A stretch of 64,000 nt of DNA, from IMG/VR virus record IMGVR_UViG_3300005461_000343; one strand, 5' to 3'. Below are positions 54,901-63,127 of this stretch, piece by piece. The stretch is from an uncultured virus (IMG/VR IMGVR_UViG_3300005461_000343). Lineage: Duplodnaviria; Heunggongvirae; Uroviricota; Caudoviricetes. Position 1 is the first letter of the stretch. Each line of letters begins with the position of its first letter. The notes below the pieces were generated by a model that was not told the DNA's origin, did no database searches, and saw nothing but the letters and a program-made list of their open reading frames with translations. A program made the position numbers and the translations under genes.

Positions 54901-57900
54901 CGTTTCGACCACCATTATTCTCAGATATCCATTGGGCTTTTAGCAACATACTATTAGCTCTTTGTGACGCGCTCGTATCGATACCTTTAACGTTCGACAT
55001 CTTGCTTGGAAACCCGATCTTCTTATAATTATGCGCCTCGTCAATAAACAAAGCGTCAACACCCATTTGCTCAAACGTCATGACATTATCAGTCCGCCTG
55101 TCAAGAATACGCTCCGTCTTGGCCGTGATAGTCTCCGCAGTCTTTGCCTTGCCCTTTACGTTTTTCCCTTTCTTTATACCTTCCAGAGAATCACGCATAC
55201 TTTTGGCCTCCCTTTTCAATCTCTCCTGTAAAGCCTTGTCTTCTATGCGATCGATAGCTTCCTCAAAATCATCTATACGCTTTTGGATATATGCCTTTTT
55301 CCTTTCCTCGCTATCCGGGATAAATGCCATAAATGACTGTGGGACAACGATAGCGTCAAAATCTCCGGTAGCTATAAGATTGAACAGCCTTGTCCTATTA
55401 TCGGCATTACGCTCCTCCTTTGTCGGAGATAGAATCTTAGCGGAAGGATACAGTTTATAAAAGTCACGGACGAAATCCTCTAGGGTAGCGTTTTGGACAA
55501 CGATCATGGGTTTCTTCGCTATACCTAGCCGTCTCATTTCCATAGCGGACGTAATCATGGTAAAGGTCTTTCCCGTACCGACTTGGTGAGCGAGTAACGT
55601 GCTCTCGGATAGACAACGTTGCACCGCCTTGCTCTGGTGATCCCTAAGCGTTATATTCTTATTAGCGTTAGGATAATGCTCAAAAACCGGTTTGTCATAC
55701 TTTTTTAGTACATAGTTGTTGTATTTATCATTATACACGTCCTCAATACGACCATGGAACATCGTTTTAGAATCAATATACTCCACGAACTTATCGGACA
55801 TGTCGGATATTTTCTCGGCAACGGCCTGTGTCTCCTGCTCGTTTACGACCCTTCTCGTTTTCTGCTTACCGTCCTCATAATATTTAATCTCGTCATAAAC
55901 CTTGGGTTTACGTTGGTTAAGAGCGGCCTTGAACACGTCTATAGCGTCCATTCTCTCAGTCTTGAATTGACCGGCTTTAGCGTAATCGGTTATGAACGCC
56001 CTCTTATCAAGAATATACTCACCGATCTCTGGGATAAAATTAGCGTTAGCGTAAGATATACCCAGTACATTATCAGCGAAATTATTTATAAACTCAGACG
56101 GGATCCATGTAGTCCCCAGTCGATAACTTATCTCACCATAGGGTATACGTTCTGGCTGTACGGCTTCCAAGTCATCCACGTTTTTTTGAAACTCCGGATG
56201 ATCTTCCAAGGCCGCCTTAGCCTCTACCAACTTATCTTTTACGTTTCCAGAGAGATATTCGCTCTTATCTATTATATTGCCGGTAACAGGATCCCTATAA
56301 GCAATTCCCTTCTCTAGTATCTCGTTTGTCACGTTCACCTCATCCATACCCGTTATCTCCGAGATATAAGGTATATCAATATTACCTTTATATGACTTGC
56401 TTATATTGACGGCATCCAAGACATTATCCGCTTTTGTCGGTAGCTCGAATGGATAACTTACACGCTTATTCAAGATACCATCCGCTTTCGAGACTTCCCA
56501 TACCATAGATTTTCCGGTCGTGGAAGGTACCCTTCTAACGGTTTCCAAAGAGAAGGGTAATCCATGCTCAACATCCTCGGCGAAAATATCGTCCAAAGCC
56601 TTGTTCCTGTTAAGTGTCCCATATTTGGACACGAAAGCATCATATACTTTGTTTAGCCTTTTCCTCGCGGGCTCGGGGTCCACACCCTTTGTTTGCTCAT
56701 CATGGATAAGATCGTATAGATTTTTCTTTATATCATTGTAATCATTTACCGCATCCGCTATTTTCCGGGTCTTACCATTATGAACGAACGTAGGATTTGC
56801 CTTAATCGGTTTTAACGACTCTCCATCTAAAACAAAGACATTGCCATTCTGGACGGTAATAGTACCATCTTTCAAAGTGGAGTCACCCACAACCTCCGGC
56901 CCTTTAGTCTCTACAACACCTGATAGGATATTCTTTGGTAAGTTATCAATAGCGTTAAATAGCTCCTTGCTTAAATCGGCCCCGGGTTTGGCTTTCAATG
57001 TCTGGGACGCTCCACTATATAGACCTCCGCTACCAGCGTCATAAGCAGTCATCATATCACCTAACATCATATCGGGATGATTGGAGAAATACTCGTTAAC
57101 CATGATAGGCTTGCTCCTTTTATCCCCGTCCTCCATATAAGTTCCTTCACCTATTTGCGTTGTAGTAGCGAACCCTATCCCATTCGAAGGTTCCCCATAC
57201 TTTCTTTTACGGAATATAACGATGTCGGCCGTGACACTCGTGCCGGCCCCTTTCTGGAAAGCGTCATTAGGCAATCGAATAGCTCCGACCAGATCATAAC
57301 CGTTTCCACTCACGTACTCACGGAACTTACTATCGGCCCCATCCATCGTAGCCGAGGACGTGACGAATACGCCGAGACCACCTTCTTTCAATTCCAGAAG
57401 CCCCTTTAGGATAAAATAATTATGGAGATTATAAGAGGAACCAAGTTTCTTCCTGAATTGCTTATCTAAAACCTTATCATATGGAGCGTTTTTCCCGAAT
57501 GGGACGTTGGTGATAACTAAGTCTTTCGAGTTTGGAGAAAACGCTTTCTCATATCCCTGCACCTTTATATTAGCGTCAGGATATAAGGCCTTTGCCATAC
57601 GACCGGACAAACTATCTATCTCGAACCCACTTATACTTGAGTTTTCAGATATAGACCTAGGCATCATACCGATTATGTTACCTATACCCATGGCGGGTTC
57701 ACTGATATTGCCGCCCTTGAATCCAAGTTTCTCCGTTATTCCCCATAAGCTTTCCACGACCTCGGACGGGGTATAATGAGAGGTTGTCGTGGAACGGACG
57801 GCACTGTCGAACTCTTCTTTACTTAATAAGGATTTTAGTTTCTCGTAATAACGTAGATACTTATCATTCCAATTTCGATCCTTAGTCCAATTGTTGTCAC

Positions 57901-60900
57901 GTGCGTTGTATTTGCCTTCGTTCAAGGCTTCGGCTAAACCTCCCCATCCAACGTACCTTGACATCTTGGCTTGTTGTTCCGGGGTAGGTTTTCCTTGGCC
58001 GTCCTCTACGTCTTTCAGCGTTTCTATCGCCTCAATATTGGCTTTTAACTTGGATATATCACCGGAAGGAAGCTCAATCCCTTTCTCCGGGAAGCTGAAA
58101 TTGTTTTGATTTCTTACAACAGGCCGCTTGTCGCTGTCGCTGATAGGTATTCCTCGGCCTCGCTCCGTGTCAAGCACATCACTTCCATGCACGCCTCCAC
58201 GGTCTCCTCCGCGTTCAGATCCTCGATCCTCTTCCCGTGCTTTTCTTCCCACGCCTTGATCCGCTCTTGAATTTCCTTGCTCATTGTCTTTAATATTATT
58301 AGGAGTGAATAAATCGTTACCATACAAAGGTAATGGTTTGTCCTTGTTGTCCGTTCGCTTTTTCCGGCTATTTTTTATTTTTTTCTCCGCGGCACTCGCT
58401 TGTCTGGCAATCTCAGTCTCTTTAACCACGGTCTCAGCGGAATCCATTATATCCGGGACAGGCTTGTCAAAATTAGCTACATCAAACGAACGGACATCCT
58501 CATAAGTGGTCATATCCTTATCCCATCCGTTATCTCCTACTTCCGGCAAATCCCTCGCTCCATTGTAGAATGCTTTAAGATACGGTCGTATAGCGTCACC
58601 TAGATCATCGATCATAGCCTTTGAGTAATCTGAGAACTTACGCAATCCTTTCTCTATATGATAAACCGCCATTTCAGTACCTATCGCCAGTATCTCAGGA
58701 TCAATACCCATATTCATTTGACCGCCTAGTTTCTTGCGCATGCGCTCACGGAGTTCCGCATACCGTTCATCGGTAACAAGGCGGTTACCGCTAGGGGTAA
58801 CGGTACGATCGCTCAATTTGGCTTTGCCCTTATCGTTGATATCACCAATAAGGTTTTCTACATTTACCTTTTGAGGCTCTACGACCCTGCGTGTGTCTTC
58901 AAGAGAAATAGGTTGCGCATCGCTTACGGCATCGGTATCGCCAAGAATGGTATCGGCCAACCGCCTTGCGCTTTCATCGCTACGCATCATGAAACCTCGC
59001 TGTTCCCTGTCATACCAACCCTTTTCAGCCTTGGCTAGCTCTTTGGCGGCACGTTGCTGTTCCTTCGATAATTCATTACCGAACTTCAATAGCCACATAT
59101 CAAGAACTTTTCCTTTCTTGGTAGTATATTGGGAGGAAACAATGCTATAATTATCAGAATCATTATTTTTAGAAATATCGCTTTCCTCCTGTTTAATTCC
59201 CTTATACTCATAGAAGGGCTTTGTTTTGCGAGTCGAGGAATCAATCCATTTCTTGAACCCATCCAACGTGACCCCGGTAATGTTGCCTAACCCTTGCCAA
59301 CCCTCCTCATAGTTTGACAAGTAAGCGGACCTAGCGTCTTCTAAGGAAGGGAATCCCATCATAACCTTATGCTCATCGAATGAGCCATCAGTATTCACCT
59401 GATCCACGACATACACCATGTCACTATTCATATCCGGGCCTAGGAATACGTCTATATGATCACCATCCACACTTTCAGTACCTCGAATGTAACCGTAAGT
59501 GTTGTTCATGGTAACAGACCACTCTTTTCCATTAGCGTCCTTACCGGAACGGACGGAACCGGCGGGCTGCTCTATGGTGACATCGAAACCGTTTATCTTT
59601 ATATGGCCTTTCTTGTAATTGCCGGCCTCTTTTTGCGCCTCTGTTGGATTGGTATCAACCTTTAGCTCCTCTTCGTGCAATCTCTTAGCCTCAACTATGC
59701 GCTCGGCATAGTCCAATGGGGTCTCATTCTCCTTTGGAGAAGGAGCGACAAATGGAACTAGTCCCCTTGATGAGCCTTCTTGTGTAGCTCCATCCGTGCG
59801 ATCAATGTCGGGGCCAGCCGATTCTCTTCCCTCAACCTCTCCAGTTCCCCCGGTCTGATCAAGTTGTTCTCTTGGCAGTACCTCGCCGCCTCCCTTGCGT
59901 AAGCCATCGCCTCCGCTTTCGTCATTTCCTTCAATGTTTTCATTTTCTATCGGTTTATTTTGCGCTAAGATAGCGTCTATTTCATTTTGTTCGTCAATTA
60001 TGGCCTGTATTTCATCCGCAATTTGCGAATCAAGCTCGCCTCGCTCCTCATCAGTCAATTGTTTCTCCGAGAAATCACGTACCATGCTTTCCTCATACGC
60101 CTCGTATTCTTCCGGGGACATATGATAATTCTCCTCGCACCACTCAGCGTAAGCGTTGTACTCGGCCTGTCTCTCACGCTCAGCGATCGCCTCACGATTC
60201 CTCTTGACATAATCGATCAAGTCTCCACGTGTACGAGCGGAAGACAAGACCTCTATGATCGCGTCCCTTCCAGCGTTCGTATCGTTCTCATCGAAGAAGT
60301 TCGTACCATTCTCCTTATCGGCAAGCTCCAATATCTCACCCGCCCTCTCTATATTAACACCGCCTTTCTCCGGAGAGGCGAACAAGCCGAACATCCTCGC
60401 TGTCTCATTATTCCCGGCACCCGTCTCTTTCTTGTATGTGTCACGTGTCAATTTGATCGCCCCATTAGCCAGCATCATGGCCGCAAGCTCCTCTCCGCTC
60501 ATAGGATCACCCATCACGGAGATCTCCTTCGCTATGACATCACCCGGCTTCTTGCTGGCCTCCTTGATATCATCATCAAGATTAGCCCAGAAATCAGCCT
60601 CGACCTTGATCGCCTCATATTCTTGTCGGGCTTTTATCAATGCGGCCTCGGCCTTATCCTCTTTTCCGATAGGGGCGTCATCGTATACCTCTTGCGCCTT
60701 TTCCAAGGCATCGGACGCTTTTTTAAGGCTTTCATCGAAAGATTTTCTCGTCACCTCGATCTTCCTTGGCATCTTATCGCCATATTTATCATAAAGGAAA
60801 TCCAAGGTCATATCCGTACCTGACGATACGAAATCAGGCGTACCATCTTCTCGCATGACCATGGAAGGATTCTCTACATTGCTAGGTTGTGCTATCTGAT

Positions 60901-63127
60901 CAATGGTTCCTTCCGCCTCAATCTCGCTCGTTGGCTTGGTGATCGCATCTTCCACAGGAGGTGCAGAGGTTATCTCGGCATCAGCACTTGCAACACTATC
61001 ATCCTCTGGCGACACCTCATTAGCTTGTTGAGAATCGTACATGGCATCTTGAAGAGCAAGAATATCCCTCTCCGTAATAGGCATAGCCGGAACTGATCCC
61101 GCCTTCGGCGCTACCTGTCCCGTCTCCTTGTCCAAAGCGGCCGGTTGAGCGATCCAATCACCGTTCTCGTCCTGTTCTTGAAGGATAAACGCATTATCCC
61201 CGTTCCATATGACCAATCCCGGCTTGGGTAATTGCGTCTTAGGATTATGATTCATGGTCATGTCAAGCTCGGACTGGCGGGTAGCCAATAATTGATCCTC
61301 ATAGGTCCGTCTCATATGACCGGCATCTTGCTCTACTATATCGCTCAACCTTTTCACCGAGACCATCCGATCCTGTCCGTTATCGGAAATAACGGCCTTA
61401 TCTCCCTCTATACTCCTAACGTACACAGGTCTTTCCACATTTCCCTCGCTAAGCGTAGCCGTGGTAACGATAGACTGACCATCAGGATTCGTGGTAACAT
61501 AAGGAGTAATATTAGTGGCAACGTAAGTTTCAACCTCATTGTCTATTTCCTCGCCTATACGATCCTGCAAACCGGATATCCTGAGATAATCAGCGTAGAA
61601 ATCCTCGGCTAACGGACGGGCATCCGCATTAACCCCATCAAGAAGGCTCATCACTTGGGCCTCGCTAGCTTTATCATCCACATAGCTTTCTATCGTACTA
61701 GCCAAACCCGGAACCATTCCAGATAGGGAAAGCCTTGTCTCTTCCATCTTTTTGCTCGCCGTCCGTATATCGCCCGGATCAGTCATATTTCGACCTTCTT
61801 CCTCTGCCTCGGCAAACCTAGACTTAGTTAATTGAGGAGGGGTGTCAATGCCTTGATCTGCTACATTGGAATCGGTGATAGGCTGCTGAGCCTGTTTGCC
61901 TCCTATTTTATCCGCTACGTATTGCGCACCTTTAGCCAACGCTCCGGCCCCAGTAAAATAAGCGCCGCCTCCCATACCATAGACAAAACTCTGCAATACA
62001 CCATCGGTCAAATCCCTTTCCGGATCCGCGCCTGTTATCTTATCCGTTATATTCTCCGCTAGCGTGGAAGATACCTCTTCGATACCTTCATTTACAGGCT
62101 CGAAAAACATACCGAATTTTTTATAGAACTCTTGCATCTTACCCATTATGCCACGTTTGATAGCCTCTTGCGCCTTTTCCTTTCCTAGCGTCTTGAATAA
62201 GGTTGACATCCAAGCCTTGGATACGCCAGCGCCCAGCATCTCAGACAAGGATTCTGCCGTACCAGTAAGAATAGCGTTAGATACCTTTGCGAACTCTCCC
62301 ATGTTTGGGTTATTCTGATCGAGATCATCATATTTCTGGCTAGCCACTATTGACCCTATACCAGCGAGTCCGGCCGCTGGAGCTCCGGCCATTGTAGCGG
62401 CCATGGCCCCGATTGACATCGGAAGCGACTCTACGCCTTGCAAGGCTATATCACCTATGGCACCCATATAATTCCCTTCTTTCCAAAGATCGGTGAAATC
62501 CTTGCCATTGTATCTGTTTGACCTTGCCCGGGAAAACTCCGCATCAGCCTTGAATCTATCTGAGATATCCTTGAATGCCCCGCCACGTGAGATCAATCCT
62601 CCAGTTGCGGATTCCAGTCCTTTGGACACCTTATCCAAGACCCCAAAGATACCGGCACCAAGATCGGCACCTCCTGCGTTAAGTTTCTGTATGGCGTCTC
62701 CAGCCCAAGTATTCATTAAAGAAGAATCCTTCTCATACTCCGTAGGAGGTGGAGGAGTCGCGGTCTCAATCTTTCCTTTTTTACGCAAGGACTCAAAATT
62801 GTAATCAGGTGAGTTCGTCCACGGATTAACGTATTCCGATTGATCCTTCATAGGCACGTCAACCTCTTGTCTTAAAGCGATAGGTGCAGGATTAACGCTT
62901 GATTGAGAAACGTAATCTTTCCTCTCTGCGGGCGAATAGCCTAGGGCACTCTCGAATTTGGAGAAATCGCCTATCTCGGAGAAATAATCATCTTGTATCA
63001 AATAATCATAAACCATTCTCCTCTTTCCAGAGTCTTTCATCTTACCCTCAAAATTAGAGAAATCGCCAAGTCCCGTATATCCTTGGCTAATCATAGCATC
63101 ATATAAATGTTTTACATTAGAATCCAT
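48908..63127 (-). CDS. Giant polyvalent protein: ejection-protein-like N-terminus, InPase domain, DarB-like N6-MTase and SNF2 helicase, zincin metallopeptidase, LPD38-like C-terminus
   Basis: NPTEAQKEAGNYKKGH/DGDHIDV/DEHKVM; EPAMGIG and NVPF; AHQVGTGKT, DEAH, QRNGRILRQGN; HEVVGHHGL. Likely start ATG 63127 (M16 of the track ORF). Confidence 0.85.
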   Translation of the reverse strand: MDSNVKHLYDAMISQGYTGLGDFSNFEGKMKDSGKRRMVYDYLIQDDYFSEIGDFSKFESALGYSPAERKDYVSQSSVNPAPIALRQEVDVPMKDQSEYVNPWTNSPDYNFESLRKKGKIETATPPPPTEYEKDSSLMNTWAGDAIQKLNAGGADLGAGIFGVLDKVSKGLESATGGLISRGGAFKDISDRFKADAEFSRARSNRYNGKDFTDLWKEGNYMGAIGDIALQGVESLPMSIGAMAATMAGAPAAGLAGIGSIVASQKYDDLDQNNPNMGEFAKVSNAILTGTAESLSEMLGAGVSKAWMSTLFKTLGKEKAQEAIKRGIMGKMQEFYKKFGMFFEPVNEGIEEVSSTLAENITDKITGADPERDLTDGVLQSFVYGMGGGAYFTGAGALAKGAQYVADKIGGKQAQQPITDSNVADQGIDTPPQLTKSRFAEAEEEGRNMTDPGDIRTASKKMEETRLSLSGMVPGLASTIESYVDDKASEAQVMSLLDGVNADARPLAEDFYADYLRISGLQDRIGEEIDNEVETYVATNITPYVTTNPDGQSIVTTATLSEGNVERPVYVRSIEGDKAVISDNGQDRMVSVKRLSDIVEQDAGHMRRTYEDQLLATRQSELDMTMNHNPKTQLPKPGLVIWNGDNAFILQEQDENGDWIAQPAALDKETGQVAPKAGSVPAMPITERDILALQDAMYDSQQANEVSPEDDSVASADAEITSAPPVEDAITKPTSEIEAEGTIDQIAQPSNVENPSMVMREDGTPDFVSSGTDMTLDFLYDKYGDKMPRKIEVTRKSFDESLKKASDALEKAQEVYDDAPIGKEDKAEAALIKARQEYEAIKVEADFWANLDDDIKEASKKPGDVIAKEISVMGDPMSGEELAAMMLANGAIKLTRDTYKKETGAGNNETARMFGLFASPEKGGVNIERAGEILELADKENGTNFFDENDTNAGRDAIIEVLSSARTRGDLIDYVKRNREAIAERERQAEYNAYAEWCEENYHMSPEEYEAYEESMVRDFSEKQLTDEERGELDSQIADEIQAIIDEQNEIDAILAQNKPIENENIEGNDESGGDGLRKGGGEVLPREQLDQTGGTGEVEGRESAGPDIDRTDGATQEGSSRGLVPFVAPSPKENETPLDYAERIVEAKRLHEEELKVDTNPTEAQKEAGNYKKGHIKINGFDVTIEQPAGSVRSGKDANGKEWSVTMNNTYGYIRGTESVDGDHIDVFLGPDMNSDMVYVVDQVNTDGSFDEHKVMMGFPSLEDARSAYLSNYEEGWQGLGNITGVTLDGFKKWIDSSTRKTKPFYEYKGIKQEESDISKNNDSDNYSIVSSQYTTKKGKVLDMWLLKFGNELSKEQQRAAKELAKAEKGWYDREQRGFMMRSDESARRLADTILGDTDAVSDAQPISLEDTRRVVEPQKVNVENLIGDINDKGKAKLSDRTVTPSGNRLVTDERYAELRERMRKKLGGQMNMGIDPEILAIGTEMAVYHIEKGLRKFSDYSKAMIDDLGDAIRPYLKAFYNGARDLPEVGDNGWDKDMTTYEDVRSFDVANFDKPVPDIMDSAETVVKETEIARQASAAEKKIKNSRKKRTDNKDKPLPLYGNDLFTPNNIKDNEQGNSRADQGVGRKAREEDRGSERGGDRGGVHGSDVLDTERGRGIPISDSDKRPVVRNQNNFSFPEKGIELPSGDISKLKANIEAIETLKDVEDGQGKPTPEQQAKMSRYVGWGGLAEALNEGKYNARDNNWTKDRNWNDKYLRYYEKLKSLLSKEEFDSAVRSTTTSHYTPSEVVESLWGITEKLGFKGGNISEPAMGIGNIIGMMPRSISENSSISGFEIDSLSGRMAKALYPDANIKVQGYEKAFSPNSKDLVITNVPFGKNAPYDKVLDKQFRKKLGSSYNLHNYFILKGLLELKEGGLGVFVTSSATMDGADSKFREYVSGNGYDLVGAIRLPNDAFQKGAGTSVTADIVIFRKRKYGEPSNGIGFATTTQIGEGTYMEDGDKRSKPIMVNEYFSNHPDMMLGDMMTAYDAGSGGLYSGASQTLKAKPGADLSKELFNAIDNLPKNILSGVVETKGPEVVGDSTLKDGTITVQNGNVFVLDGESLKPIKANPTFVHNGKTRKIADAVNDYNDIKKNLYDLIHDEQTKGVDPEPARKRLNKVYDAFVSKYGTLNRNKALDDIFAEDVEHGLPFSLETVRRVPSTTGKSMVWEVSKADGILNKRVSYPFELPTKADNVLDAVNISKSYKGNIDIPYISEITGMDEVNVTNEILEKGIAYRDPVTGNIIDKSEYLSGNVKDKLVEAKAALEDHPEFQKNVDDLEAVQPERIPYGEISYRLGTTWIPSEFINNFADNVLGISYANANFIPEIGEYILDKRAFITDYAKAGQFKTERMDAIDVFKAALNQRKPKVYDEIKYYEDGKQKTRRVVNEQETQAVAEKISDMSDKFVEYIDSKTMFHGRIEDVYNDKYNNYVLKKYDKPVFEHYPNANKNITLRDHQSKAVQRCLSESTLLAHQVGTGKTFTMITSAMEMRRLGIAKKPMIVVQNATLEDFVRDFYKLYPSAKILSPTKEERNADNRTRLFNLIATGDFDAIVVPQSFMAFIPDSEERKKAYIQKRIDDFEEAIDRIEDKALQERLKREAKSMRDSLEGIKKGKNVKGKAKTAETITAKTERILDRRTDNVMTFEQMGVDALFIDEAHNYKKIGFPSKMSNVKGIDTSASQRANSMLLKAQWISENNGGRNVVLATGTPITNTMAEVWTMMNFVAPDILDAYNINSFDEFATTFGTVEPSLEFTATGNFKIAERFKSYTNVPELIKAFRSHTDVVLTEDVKEFKEDKNIPKLKDNKMTNVVVEKNEDLEDIMQTLIKELEDYNKLTGKEKKDKSALPLVVFSKAKQAAIDLRLLNPTFPDNPDSKTNKVVDNVLRLYKESDKDKGTQLIFCDSYQSPSETPKMDLFDVDLSVPQFNLYNDIKEKLIKGGIPSNQIAIVGNYEGERRNALFDKVRNGDVRILIGSTEKMGVGVNVQDRLFALHHIDAPIRPMDFEQRNGRILRQGNLYATWDKPVNIVTYGVKGTLDATAYDRLRIKQNFINQMMKGDISSRVMEEQDDSDPSGMTFSEMAATLSGDKTAQLLFVAQNKLKKLQNSKRSDLNSKSSMRGSISNSKLRIQEYNSRKDIMERNANIVKENFPDGVESVTVKGNTFSDGISNELTPIIDDYYDRYTLDRNTPPLKISLNGGKGEAIVHFNEGMMVYSLYLGKEKLVENRDFSGGRGLMASIDRQLGIPAKSVSDIATKIKAEENKIAGLEEAVKKPWGKEDELNAAQAEVNDLQRQLVEKAKAEDIQLESTLDVDGTLVKEEGETRFRFMGVDTTNNQDNVSSIESSINDWSNKFNIPVRVIHDVDDITDTDENMLARKRDSKGWYDTSTGEIVIVSPNSTSVGDAQRTFLHEVVGHHGLRELFGDDFDTFLDNVYRNANEDIRKNIIDRTKGNPLNLREATEEYLAELAERGFDNKAERSLWEKIKDAFLDMLRKAGISLDFKLSDNDLRYILWRSYKNLEQGNLMDVAEDIVMRNRLSLNNINLNENGSIARDIEPEKGKQPSETKGTGRELETIDGVDENGNESERDHIDKPRGVENAIDGTENAIDRNGREIDGKVDNDGDQLDGGDTGDRSGSVRDGIGGDRTVIGRAESENKGRGVGESVREKTDDFAFAEKTIRFRENARNESVLFADNDIQVVEKQVGSAKDQYERTLSTSSYQFQEAFQDSMLGLKTLQDAVAKATRSRLLDYENAYMAENALSSVNEAEFNAYRKAAFEPILKAMSRLEKMGSTIDEIRDYLITKHGIERNREMAVKRALSQNSETYKSLLDEYIGRRNEIRENGRSWEEQQSEMDRLAEEYGANLSDDFSGFTSMYPNENNTGYDLDSARRYVLDYESRYDTSELSASVKRATDAILAKQRDSGLMSQNTFESISDMYQFYVPLRGWEETTADEVYAYLTSESQTFNAPIKTVVGRKSKADDPIATIANMAESGIMQGNRNLMKQKFLTMVQNHKTDLVSVSEMWVRLDEASGEWIAVFPDIPSNANPEQVESIVESFNKRMEELSNEKGSNVRRSRDAIGIPYKILPKDLKEHQVIVKRAGKEYVLTINGNPRAAQALNGLTNPDNTKGWFGTVERYAGWLNRNLAANFTTRNPNFMVSNFLRDALYSNTTVWVKESPVYAWKFNKNFAKVNPINMYRLVKGYENGTLDMIDPLNKAYHDFVMRGGETGYTNLRDVEAKKKAIQKELQYSKQKVSIGKALKILGEWMDLFNKSVENCARFAAFLTSREMGRSMDKSIYDAKEISVNFNKKGAGSKLLNTEGQTKIGNASAFTSGLSRSMYVFWNAGVQGMYNFGRLAKDNPKKFLGLASSFYLLGTIMPMIAAAFGDDEDDDYYDLPEYVRRNNICFRNGGGNWITIPMPIELRAIYGLGEMSSGIVSGKEKYTDKKMAMKIAEQMSQVLPLDMMEGGGGFSAFVPSSVKPLIEAGDNKDWTGLPLYKDNDFNKGMPEWTKAFKSVDPAILAMTKYANELTGGDKYTTGTVNLNPAIIEHILDGYFGGIEATRSQMVKSAETAWGSRDFDWRNIPVGNRLIKSGDERTKKKAIDNAYYENLEEMDKIGQRLRGYRKELSNPQNDSFDIAEYQKKLNDLMMSDEYRGYVEFNNLNKLYQSMGEYLKKVDDERLEMELYDLKAMMNEIANGE
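52018..52371 (-). CDS. Nested +1-frame coiled-coil protein (117 aa) inside the giant gene
   Basis: Clean heptad pattern, A-rich start context (AATTTGAACGAAA-ATG); the host frame here is a low-complexity G/D/E/R linker. Confidence 0.65.
   Translation of the reverse strand: MDQSQEILNLKKENNLLKQKVLEGNSRQSMALMRTETKVNETISTNQGELKTLLTELKTQLTEMEGRLMEKLTTMETNLTEEIQAIGAEVSGMESAVIGLSSDVQNLKTRVEALEKA
58114..58284 (-). CDS. Nested +1-frame small protein (56 aa) inside the giant gene
   Basis: MSKEIQERIKAWEEKHGKRIEDL...; start context AATAATATTAAAGACA-ATG; host frame is a linker before the DarB MTase. Confidence 0.6.
   Translation of the reverse strand: MSKEIQERIKAWEEKHGKRIEDLNAEETVEACMEVMCLTRSEAEEYLSATATSGLL
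59758..59943 (-). CDS. Nested +1-frame small protein (61 aa) inside the giant gene
   Basis: MKTLKEMTKAEAMAYAREAARYC...; start context AAAATAAACCGATAGAAA-ATG; host frame is a linker before the InPase domain. Confidence 0.6.
   Translation of the reverse strand: MKTLKEMTKAEAMAYAREAARYCQENNLIRPGELERLREENRLAPTLIARMELHKKAHQGD

Noticed and set aside
49007..62804. Many plus-strand ORFs opposite the giant gene (for example 59987-60823)
   Set aside because: Antisense shadows of a long coding sequence, with no motifs or start context.
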